Positions 1 through 8,031 of a DNA stretch of 64,000 bases are shown piece by piece. The stretch comes from Tepidisphaerales bacterium (lineage in GTDB: Bacteria > Planctomycetota > Phycisphaerae > Tepidisphaerales > Tepidisphaeraceae). A program made the translations under genes and the position numbers. The stretch lies in contig JBBRYX010000025.1 in the NCBI GenBank assembly GCA_038237225.1, positions 915 through 64,914 on the forward strand. Direction: 5' to 3'. Position 1 is the stretch's first letter, and every line of letters begins with the position of its first letter. The notes beneath the pieces were generated by a model, which was not told the DNA's origin, made no database searches, and saw only the letters and a program-made list of their open reading frames with translations.

Positions 1-1331
1 CGCTCCCGCTGTTCTTCGGCGCCGGCACGCTCTACAACCGCGCGGGCGACAGCCGCGAGCATCTCGTGAAAGCCTTCCCGGTGAACATCCGTTTTGATGA
101 CCGCCTCGTCCACTTGGACTGCTACTTCCCCATGCCGTTCTTCCGCTCGGCGAAGATTGAGCTCATCAGCGACGGCGCGGACCTCGGCGTCGTGGGCTCG
201 GTCGTCCAGACCGCGCCCCTCGCCGCGCCCGCGAACCATCTCGCCTACTTCCACGCCACCTACAGGGATCATCCGCACCCCGAGCCGGGCCGCGATCTCG
301 TTCTGCTCGACACGAAGAACACGGAATCCTCCGAGCACTGGTCCGGCTCCTTCATCGGCACCAGTTTCATCTTCTCCCACAACGCCGTGCTGACCACGCT
401 CGAGGGCGACCCGCGCTTCTTCTTCGACGACTCCAATTCCCCGCAAGGCTACGGCACCGGCACCGAAGAATGGGCGGGCGGCGGCGACTACTGGGGCGGA
501 CAAAACATGACCCTCCCGTTGGCAGGCCATCCCACCGGCGCGCGATCGGCGAAGGAGGCGAAGTGTGAGGAGGACAAGATCGAATCCGCCTACCGCTTCC
601 TGCTCGCCGATCTCTTCCCCTTCGGCAAGAACGCCCGCATTCAGCTCGAGCATGGTGGGACCAATGAATCAACGGAGCACTACGAAACCCTCGCCTACTG
701 GTACGGCCTGCCCGCGCCCTCGCTCGTGCAGAGCGACTTCCTCAAAGTCGGCGATGAGCAGTCCGAGCACGACCACGCGTATGACTCGCCGGATGCAAGC
801 CCACCGTACACGATCACCTCGCGCTACGAGCTCGGCCCCGATCACCTCAAGGACCAGGAGATCTTCCCCGCGACGACGGATACCGGCCGCACGATCACCA
901 AACCCGGCGGCGCAACCGAGTTCACGATCAAACTGGACAAAGCCAACACCGGCGTCCTCCTCCGCCGCAAGCTCGACTACCGGTTCCCCAATCAGCGCGC
1001 CCGTGTCTTCATCGCCCCCGAGACGAACACCGCCAACTTCCAGCCCGCCGGCGTGTGGTATCTCGCCGGCGGCAACACCTGCATCTACTCCAATCCCAAA
1101 GACGAACTCGGCCCCGCCGAACACAAAGTCCAAACGAGCAACCGCCGCTTCCGCGAGGATGAGTTGCTTCTTCCCCTGGCCCTGACGAAGAACCAATCCC
1201 AGATCCGCGTGAAGCTCGTCTTCGACCCGGTGAAGATCCCCCTCTTCCCCGGCCGCGACCTCGATCCGACCGCGTGGTCGGAGATCAACTACAGCGTCTA
1301 CTGCTGGCGCGTGCCGGATCTCGCTCCTTGA
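1..1331 (+). CDS. hypothetical protein, 5'-truncated by window edge
   Basis: Frame 3 is open from position 1 to the stop at 1329-1331, so the ORF-track start at 66 is internal. GC-rich third codon positions. No family recognised by eye. Confidence 0.45.
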   Translation, partial: LPLFFGAGTLYNRAGDSREHLVKAFPVNIRFDDRLVHLDCYFPMPFFRSAKIELISDGADLGVVGSVVQTAPLAAPANHLAYFHATYRDHPHPEPGRDLVLLDTKNTESSEHWSGSFIGTSFIFSHNAVLTTLEGDPRFFFDDSNSPQGYGTGTEEWAGGGDYWGGQNMTLPLAGHPTGARSAKEAKCEEDKIESAYRFLLADLFPFGKNARIQLEHGGTNESTEHYETLAYWYGLPAPSLVQSDFLKVGDEQSEHDHAYDSPDASPPYTITSRYELGPDHLKDQEIFPATTDTGRTITKPGGATEFTIKLDKANTGVLLRRKLDYRFPNQRARVFIAPETNTANFQPAGVWYLAGGNTCIYSNPKDELGPAEHKVQTSNRRFREDELLLPLALTKNQSQIRVKLVFDPVKIPLFPGRDLDPTAWSEINYSVYCWRVPDLAP

Positions 1332-1374
1332 TCTCGCTTGGCGCGCTGTTGAAATCACGTGGTTGAACGATGCG

Positions 1375-1419
1375 CCAAGTGCGCCAAGTGCGCCAAGACG
1401 CCAAGAGCGCCAAGAATGG
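1375..1419. repeat. 5 tandem copies of a 9-bp unit (GCGCCAAGT, GCGCCAAGT, GCGCCAAGA, CGCCAAGAG, CGCCAAGAA)
   Basis: Read directly in the sequence upstream of the 1746..2429 ORF. Confidence 0.7.
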
Positions 1420-1745
1420 GGCGGGTGAACCATTCACAGAGAGTCGGAAGTTTCGGAAAGCCCCCCCCTGAAGAAGCGTGCGGGGGTGGGTTGCGCCCCT
1501 GCGTGTCTCCGCCGCGCACCATCGAGCTTGTTCCTCGCCATCACGAGTTGCCGCGCATCCCGCTCGGCCTGGCATCGCGCACGCACGCGCGGCGATGGAG
1601 CGCGCACGAGTTTTACGGGCTCGCGCTCGTGCTGCATCGGTCGCAGCGCGTGCTGGAGTGGTTCCAGCAGGGGGGTTATGGGACGCAAAGAGGCGAAAAA
1701 GCGGGCGAAAGCCCCGATTTTCAATTTTGCGGGGGCGGTGGGTCG

Positions 1746-2429
1746 ATGGGGATCAGCAGGATGAGACTGTTTCCCCAGGACACGTACGGACGGATCCAAT
1801 TCTTTATCTCGCACAACCCAACCTGGGCCGATCGCGCCGGCGAGATCGGCGCAACACCGGCGGCGATCGCGGCGCTGGTCGACAGAACTGAGGCCGCCCG
1901 CCTCGCCTACCTGCGTCAACTGGAAGCGCAGCAGGCGGCGCAGGCGGCGACGCAGGAACTGAACCGGCTGATGGAGGAGTTGCTCAAGGCCGGGTCGGAC
2001 GTCGTCAAAGAGATCCGCTTCAAGGCGGCGACCGAGGGTGAGTCGATCTACAACCTCGCGGTGATCCCGGCGCCGAAGCAGCCCTCACGCATCCCTCCGC
2101 CGGGGATGCCGGCCGATATCACGTCCGAACTGCGGCAGGCGGGGGAACTGCTGCTGAGATGGAAATGCAGGAACCCGCCCGGCAGCGTCGGGACGATGTA
2201 CCAGGTCCACCGGCAGGCTGGAATTGAAACATCCTTCACGTTCGTCGGCAGCTCCGGTGAGAAAAAGTTTCTCGACACCACCCTTCCCGCCGGCGCTGCG
2301 AGCGTGACCTACAGCCTCATCGCCGTCCGCTCCACCGCCCGGGGAAGCGAAGCCCGCTACACGATCAACCTGGGCGTGAGCGGGGGGGGTTCAGGGATGT
2401 CGATGCAATTCGGCAGAAACGCGGCTTAG
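1746..2429 (+). CDS. hypothetical protein
   Basis: ORF track gives 1359..2429, but its 5' part overlaps the tandem repeat and a competing minus ORF. The first ATG followed by GC3-rich codons is at 1746 (MGISRMRLFPQ...). Ala/Gln-rich coiled region. No family recognised. Confidence 0.45.
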   Translation: MGISRMRLFPQDTYGRIQFFISHNPTWADRAGEIGATPAAIAALVDRTEAARLAYLRQLEAQQAAQAATQELNRLMEELLKAGSDVVKEIRFKAATEGESIYNLAVIPAPKQPSRIPPPGMPADITSELRQAGELLLRWKCRNPPGSVGTMYQVHRQAGIETSFTFVGSSGEKKFLDTTLPAGAASVTYSLIAVRSTARGSEARYTINLGVSGGGSGMSMQFGRNAA

Positions 2430-2481
2430 TCCCGCACGCGCGCCCTTCAAGAATCCGCGCCTCCGCGCCTCCGCGGTTCTT

Positions 2482-5400
2482 CTATTTCGGCGCCGCCGCG
2501 GTTTGGGCGGGGGGGGCCGGGGCGGTGGTGGGCTGCGTCGCCGGCGTCTTCTGCGATGCGAGATATTCGACGAGGTTTCTCAGGTCGCGCTTGTTGAGGG
2601 GTTTGGCGATGTCGGCGGGCATCGGGCTTAGACCTTTGGTTCTCGTCTCGAGCTCTTTCTTGGCGATGTGGACGATGGCGCCGTCGCCGCTGTCCAAGAC
2701 GATTTCCTTGTCGGTATCCGCGTTGACGACGCCGGTGTAGCGTTTGCCGGCTTTCACTTTGACCGTGACGTTCTCGAAGCCGGGGGCGATCTGGGCGTTG
2801 GGATTGACGATGCTTTCTAAAATGTAGGGCCGGTCTTTCCGCACGCCGGCATCGGAGAGGTTGGGGCCGTTGGCGCCGCCGTTGCCCGCGATCGTGTGGC
2901 AGCGGTAGCAGCTCACTTCGGCTTTCTCGTAGAAGATTTTCTTGCCGATCGCGCCGTCGCCACCGACCAGACACTCGCGGTATTGGGCGAGGGGATCGTC
3001 CTTGCTGCGCTGGGCATCGTAGGCGGCGCGCTTGGCCTTGATCTCACTCGAGGCGCTGCGGTTGGCGGCTTCGAGAAGGTCGAGGGTCAGTTCGGGCTGG
3101 AGGGTCGGAGGCGCAGAGGTGAGCTTGTCCATCCAGACGCTGAGAATCTGGTCGATCGCGGGGGAGGGGTCGAGTGAAGTGAGCGCTTCGAAGACCGATT
3201 GCTGATCGGCGAGCGTGCCGTTCGTGAGGAAGGCATTCACTTTCTGAATCCCGCCGCCCCCCGGCTCGCGGACGACGAGCTTGATGGCTTCCCTTCGCAG
3301 GGGGCCGCGGCCGGCGGTGAGCGCGGTTTGCAGCGTGTCGTGGAAGCGCGGATCTTTCAGCTCATCCATGGCGACCAGCGCCGCGGCGGCGACTTCGCTC
3401 GGCGTTTCCCTGCTCGTCACGACGGTGGCGAGGAGGTCGTCGTTGTCACCCGCCAGGACGGGGGGGCCGAGCTTCTTCACCAGATCGAGGACCGCGAGGC
3501 GGACGTTGACAGGGGGCGCGGGCGCGGGCGCGGGGGCCGGCGCGGGCGCGGGCGCGGGGGCCGGCGCGGGCGCGGGCGCGGGGGCGGGCGCGGGGGCGGG
3601 CGCGGGCGTCAAAATCGGGGCGAGGATCGGCTTGCCGGCGGTGATGGCGATGTTGAGATCGCGCGCGGGAAGCGGTCGCCAGACGCTGATCACGCGATCC
3701 GCGCCGCGGGGTTTGGTCCAGTCAGCGAGCATCTGCAGGGCTTCGATGCGCAGCCAGTCGGGGTAGGTTTTATCGGCGGCGAATTCGGCGACCTGTTTTG
3801 CGTTGTCGGCCGTGCCGAGTCGGAAGTTGGCGTTGAGGATGCGGTGGAGGAGGGCGTCGGAGAGGGCGGCGACGGGAGGGGTTTTCGCGGGAGCAGAGGG
3901 CGACGCAAGTGTCGCTTCTGCAACAGGCGCGGTGGCGGGAGTGGGCGGGCCGGCGGGATGCGTGGCCAGATCGTCGAAAGCTTTTTCGATCGGGACATCG
4001 TTAATGGCGCGGGCGGCTTCGAGCACGAGACTCGGGTCCTTGTCGGAGAGGAAGAGCGCGATGTTGGGATTTTGCAGCTTGCGGAGGGCGACGATGGCCC
4101 CGAGGCGGATCGAGCGGTTCTTGTCGCCGGCGGCCGCGATCAGCGGCTTGGTGTCTCCGATGTTCGCCAGCGCCGTCGCGGCGGCGTGGCGGAGGAAAGC
4201 GTCCTTGTCGGCGGCGCTCGCGAGCAGCTTGAAGAGGGCGGGGATCGCCTGCGCATCGCCGAGTTTCCCAGCGCTCTGGGCGGCGAAGAAGCGCACCCGC
4301 GCGCTTCGGTCTTCCATCAGCTTGATCAGTTTTCCCAGCGAGTCGATGTCCCTGTCGTCGCCGACGATCTTCGTGGCCTGCGCGCGAACTTCATCATCGG
4401 CATCCGCGAGCTGCGGCGTGACGAGATTGATCGCCTGCGGGGTTTTGCGCGCGATCTGACCGAGCGCCCAGAGGGCATGGATGCGCGGGAGCGTGCGGTT
4501 GTTGGTGACCAGCGAGTGGGGTTGGGTGCTCGGGGCGGTTGTGGGCGACTTCGGAAGCGTCCCGGTGTCGCCGAGAACATTCGCGAGCGTCGGGATCGAT
4601 GCGCCGCCGCGCGCGGCGAGCGCGAACTGGGCGGCTTGGCGGACCCGCGCATCACGATGCGCCAGGAGCTTGCCGAGTTCCTCGCTGTCGCGGTTGCTCA
4701 TGCCGTCGAAAAGAAGTTTCTTCACTTCGGCGACGAGCGGATCTTTCGCGCCTTCCTCGCTCTTGACTTTCCAGACCCGGCCGGTCTGGTTCTTGGCAAA
4801 ACCCGCGTTCCAGTCGGCGATGTACGCAGAACCATCCGGGCCGAAGTCGATGTCCGTGGCGGTCATGTGCTCGACGAAGGGCTTCAAGTCCGTGACCTCG
4901 AAGCTGGCGCCTTTGGGCTTGATCGAAAAGCTGTGGATGAGGCTCGGCGGGCCGGCGCGGAAGTCGACGAGGAAGAAATGGTTGTTCCACTCGGGCGTGA
5001 AACCGGTGCCCGGATAATACGCGATGCCGGAGGGACCGAAGGCAATGTGCGCCAGCGGCGGGACAATGTAAGCGGCGGCGGTTTGAGACGTCTCCGGTTT
5101 CTCGACGTTCGTGAGCCCTTCGTGCAGCCACGGTCCGGTGGGGCGGTTGCCTTCGATGTGCTGGTAGCCCACGCGCCACCCGGTGTCCCCGCCTTCGACG
5201 AGGTAGACGAATCGGGCGGGGTCGCCGTGGTCGCAGTTGTTGTCGCCGGTGAAGAGGTTGCCGAAGGCGTCGAAGGCAAGCTCCTGGGGATTGCGCAATC
5301 CGGTCGCGAAGAGCTCGAGGTTGGCGCCGTCGGGGTCGCAGCGCAGGACCGAGCCGGTGTCGGGGGCGTCGAGGATCTTGCCTTCCTTGGTTTTCACGTG

Positions 5401-6123
5401 AAGCCCTCGGTCGCCGATGGAGAAGTACAGTTTGCCATCGGGGCCGAAGCGCAGGCCGTGGAGATCGTGGCCCAGAAAATTGTAGCGCACGCCGTAGCCA
5501 TAGCTGAGCGACTGGCGGAAGTCGACGTGTCTGTCGCCATCGTTGTCGCGGAGGAGCCAGAGGTGGGGGATGTTGGCGAAGTAGACATCGTCGCCGGATT
5601 GGGAAGAGCGCACGAGGATGCCCGATGCGACGCCGTCGAGCGGATCTTTGAAGCTGTCGGCCCAGACGGTCGAGGTGTCCGCTCTTCCTTTGTGGCCTTT
5701 GTCCTCGAGGAGTCGGATGCGGTCGGGCCAGGTGGAGAGGGATGTAAGGTCGTCGTGGTTCCACTTCTTGATGACGGCGAGACGATCCTCAACCGTCTTG
5801 CAGGCGAGGTCGTCGTCGATTCGGTCGTAGATGTGGCGGATGTCGTAGACGCCTTCGCCCGAGCCGCCGCCGTTGAAGCGGAAGGTTTCGACGGCCCAGA
5901 TGCGCCCCTTGTCGTCGGGCCAGATGCAGACCGGGTTGGAGAGCTGAGGCTCGGCCGCCCAGATGGAAAGCTTGAAACCGGCGGGGACTTTGTATTGCTC
6001 CATCGCCTTGGCTGCCTCGTCGAAGGCAGGGTCCTTCTTCGGAGGGTCGAGAATCTCCTGCGTGGTGGGCGACGCGAGGAGCGGAGCGGACAACAACAGG
6101 ATGAGCAACATCGGAATGCGCAT
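2482..6123 (-). CDS. PVC-type giant protein: signal peptide + beta-propeller dehydrogenase-like domain (TIGR02604-like) + HEAT repeats + C-terminal c-type cytochrome domain (CYRCH, TIGR02603-like)
   Basis: 1213-aa ORF. N-terminus MRIPMLLILLLSAPLLASP. HEAT-like repeats (DDEVRAQATKIVG.., RSARVRFFAAQSAGKLGD..). CxxCH heme motif SCYRCHTIAGNGGANGPNLS near the C-terminus. A (PA)n linker separates the domains. Confidence 0.8.
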   Translation of the reverse strand: MRIPMLLILLLSAPLLASPTTQEILDPPKKDPAFDEAAKAMEQYKVPAGFKLSIWAAEPQLSNPVCIWPDDKGRIWAVETFRFNGGGSGEGVYDIRHIYDRIDDDLACKTVEDRLAVIKKWNHDDLTSLSTWPDRIRLLEDKGHKGRADTSTVWADSFKDPLDGVASGILVRSSQSGDDVYFANIPHLWLLRDNDGDRHVDFRQSLSYGYGVRYNFLGHDLHGLRFGPDGKLYFSIGDRGLHVKTKEGKILDAPDTGSVLRCDPDGANLELFATGLRNPQELAFDAFGNLFTGDNNCDHGDPARFVYLVEGGDTGWRVGYQHIEGNRPTGPWLHEGLTNVEKPETSQTAAAYIVPPLAHIAFGPSGIAYYPGTGFTPEWNNHFFLVDFRAGPPSLIHSFSIKPKGASFEVTDLKPFVEHMTATDIDFGPDGSAYIADWNAGFAKNQTGRVWKVKSEEGAKDPLVAEVKKLLFDGMSNRDSEELGKLLAHRDARVRQAAQFALAARGGASIPTLANVLGDTGTLPKSPTTAPSTQPHSLVTNNRTLPRIHALWALGQIARKTPQAINLVTPQLADADDEVRAQATKIVGDDRDIDSLGKLIKLMEDRSARVRFFAAQSAGKLGDAQAIPALFKLLASAADKDAFLRHAAATALANIGDTKPLIAAAGDKNRSIRLGAIVALRKLQNPNIALFLSDKDPSLVLEAARAINDVPIEKAFDDLATHPAGPPTPATAPVAEATLASPSAPAKTPPVAALSDALLHRILNANFRLGTADNAKQVAEFAADKTYPDWLRIEALQMLADWTKPRGADRVISVWRPLPARDLNIAITAGKPILAPILTPAPAPAPAPAPAPAPAPAPAPAPAPAPAPAPPVNVRLAVLDLVKKLGPPVLAGDNDDLLATVVTSRETPSEVAAAALVAMDELKDPRFHDTLQTALTAGRGPLRREAIKLVVREPGGGGIQKVNAFLTNGTLADQQSVFEALTSLDPSPAIDQILSVWMDKLTSAPPTLQPELTLDLLEAANRSASSEIKAKRAAYDAQRSKDDPLAQYRECLVGGDGAIGKKIFYEKAEVSCYRCHTIAGNGGANGPNLSDAGVRKDRPYILESIVNPNAQIAPGFENVTVKVKAGKRYTGVVNADTDKEIVLDSGDGAIVHIAKKELETRTKGLSPMPADIAKPLNKRDLRNLVEYLASQKTPATQPTTAPAPPAQTAAAPK
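3511..3607. repeat. GCGGGC/GCGGGG hexamer tandem array encoding a (Pro-Ala)~20 linker inside CDS 2482..6123
   Basis: About 16 hexamer units visible. The translation shows PAPAPAPAPAPAPAPAPAPAPAPAPAPAPAP. Confidence 0.75.
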
Positions 6124-6398
6124 AGGGGAGGCATGGTACTGGATGGGGATTGTGGGGTGAAGCGGAAGCGAACCCTGAAACGTGAAACGTGACGAGAAGA
6201 TTCAGAGGCGGGTTATTCTATATCTCTATGCAAGATCACGCGCTGTTCGTTGTCATCCTGAGTCATCAGGCAGCTTCGCCGCACCCGCGATGCATGAAAA
6301 GGGCCGTCATCCTGAACGGTACTCCGTGAAGGATCTTGCTGGATCGGTGATCAATGCAAGATGCTTCGGATTACCTCAGAGGTTGTGACCTTTTCAAA

Positions 6399-6459
6399 AG
6401 TAGCATGGGCGTCTCGCCCATGTCCTTCAGAAAAACATGGGCGAGACGCCCATGCTACT
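6399..6459. repeat. 24-bp perfect inverted repeat (AGTAGCATGGGCGTCTCGCCCATG / CATGGGCGAGACGCCCATGCTACT) with a 13-nt spacer; each arm also holds its own 8-bp-stem mini-hairpin
   Basis: Read directly. It lies in the divergent promoter region between 2482..6123(-) and 6560..7930(+). The ORF-track ATG at 6437 falls inside arm 2. Confidence 0.7.
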
Positions 6460-6559
6460 AAAAATTCACACCCTCTTCAGCATGACCGTTCCGGGTGATT
6501 CGCGAACGTTTTCGGAGCGGAAAATCCGCCAGAATCGACCCGTGCAGTATGATGCGGCC

Positions 6560-7930
6560 ATGAAATCTAGCTTGGTGGCGATGATATCCCTGCTGCTGGT
6601 GGGCTCCGCGTTTGCTCAGACCTCCTCCCGGCCTGCTTCGCAGCCGGCGATATCCAAGGGCCATCGGATCTTGATCCAGCATGGGCTTCAGATTCACGCA
6701 CTGGGGTTTCCATCGGATCCGTTTCACCTGCCGACGCTGACCGGGTGCAACTTCACGGGCGTGAACTGGAATTGGGAATCCAGCCCGAAATTGATGGGGC
6801 CTCCGCCGGGATTGCTTTGGAACCGATGGGCCAGGGACGAGGGCGAGATAACGCTGAAGCCGGCGGAACAGCCTTACTCGCGCAAACTGATCGCGTGGCA
6901 ACTGCGGGATGAGCAGAACCTCAACGACCCCAAAGTTCTCGCCGCGGCGGTGAAGTGGTTCAACGCGACGCGCAAGCGGTTTCCCAACACGATCCTTTAC
7001 TCCAATCAATACGGCGGGCAGGTGACCACCGAGGCGCTCGCCCGATATTACGAGGCGTGTCACCCCGACATGCTCTCGTTCGACACGTACCCGATGCTGG
7101 AAGCCGCCGACAACTGGAACCCGTTCTTCGGGGATTTGCAGCGCTATCGGAAGCTGGCGCTGGGGTGGGGGATTCCGTACGCCTGCTGGATTCAGACCTT
7201 TCATGGCGAGGACAAGTATCGAGACCCGAGCGATTCAGAGATGCGGCTGAATCAATTCGCGCCGTGGACTTTTGGTTACACGATGGTGACCGCGTTTACG
7301 TACAACGCGGGGTCCACCAATCTTTTTCGCGGGCCGGGCGATCAGAACCCCAAGCTCGCGTATCAGCAGTTAAAGACGATCAATCGCGAGTCGCTGAATC
7401 TCGGACCGGCGCTCGTGCGGCTGCGGAGCACCGATGTGCGGATCGTGCCCGGGCAGCACATCAAGGATGGGAAGCCCGCGGACAACGAGCACGTCGGGTG
7501 GGTGGATGTGTTGTCGTGGAAGTACAGGGAGAACGATCCGTATATCCGGGGATTTGCGGTGAAGAACCTGGGGAGCCGCAATGATGGACTTCGGGGGAAT
7601 CTCTATGTGGGGTGGTTCAAGCCGCTCGAAGGCGGCGATGAGATTTACCTGATGATCACCAACGGGCTGGTCGATCGGAATTCGACCGGCGCCGAGTGCC
7701 GGCAGCGGGTCTCGGTGAACCTGCATTTTGAAAAATCAGGAATCAGCGGTGTGCAGCGGCTGAGCCGGGAGACGGGCAAGACCGAGGATGTGGAACTGGT
7801 GAAAATCGCGAAAGATCCGGGCCGGTTCGTCATGAACCTGGACCTGAACGGTGGAACCGGGGATTTGCTGAAGTTCAAGACCGGTGCGGCCTTTGTGGGT
7901 GCTCCCTTAGCACCGGCGCCCGCCCCGTAG
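6560..7930 (+). CDS. secreted hypothetical protein (signal peptide MKSSLVAMISLLLVGSAFAQ)
   Basis: ORF track gives 6437..7930. Start moved to the ATG at 6560, which precedes a clear signal peptide, because the upstream part runs through the palindrome. GC3-rich. Family not recognised. Confidence 0.55.
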   Translation: MKSSLVAMISLLLVGSAFAQTSSRPASQPAISKGHRILIQHGLQIHALGFPSDPFHLPTLTGCNFTGVNWNWESSPKLMGPPPGLLWNRWARDEGEITLKPAEQPYSRKLIAWQLRDEQNLNDPKVLAAAVKWFNATRKRFPNTILYSNQYGGQVTTEALARYYEACHPDMLSFDTYPMLEAADNWNPFFGDLQRYRKLALGWGIPYACWIQTFHGEDKYRDPSDSEMRLNQFAPWTFGYTMVTAFTYNAGSTNLFRGPGDQNPKLAYQQLKTINRESLNLGPALVRLRSTDVRIVPGQHIKDGKPADNEHVGWVDVLSWKYRENDPYIRGFAVKNLGSRNDGLRGNLYVGWFKPLEGGDEIYLMITNGLVDRNSTGAECRQRVSVNLHFEKSGISGVQRLSRETGKTEDVELVKIAKDPGRFVMNLDLNGGTGDLLKFKTGAAFVGAPLAPAPAP

Positions 7931-8031
7931 GGTCAATCTACGAATTGGATGCGCGTGTTTCTGGGACCTCTTCAGTATTGCGTAGCGGTCGCACCCGAAG
8001 GCCCACATGGGACGACGCCAGGGAGTCCTGA

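Noticed and set aside
2447-2974. 175-aa minus ORF, and 4652..5764 and 5394..6134 minus ORFs, all Arg/Ser/Thr/Pro-rich
   Set aside because: Alternative-frame ORFs within the 2482..6123 gene. Composition-driven, with no independent start or domain evidence.
3199-6192. 997-aa + strand ORF (Gly/Arg/Glu-rich)
   Set aside because: Antisense shadow of the 2482..6123 gene in a high-GC region. Low-complexity RG/GG composition and no start context. The minus-strand ORF has a signal peptide, HEAT repeats and a CxxCH motif.
6437-6559. ORF-track start of the 6437..7930 ORF (MGETPMLLKIHT...)
   Set aside because: This ATG lies inside arm 2 of the perfect 24-bp palindrome. The downstream ATG at 6560 precedes a canonical signal peptide. 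The upstream extension is probably 5' UTR.
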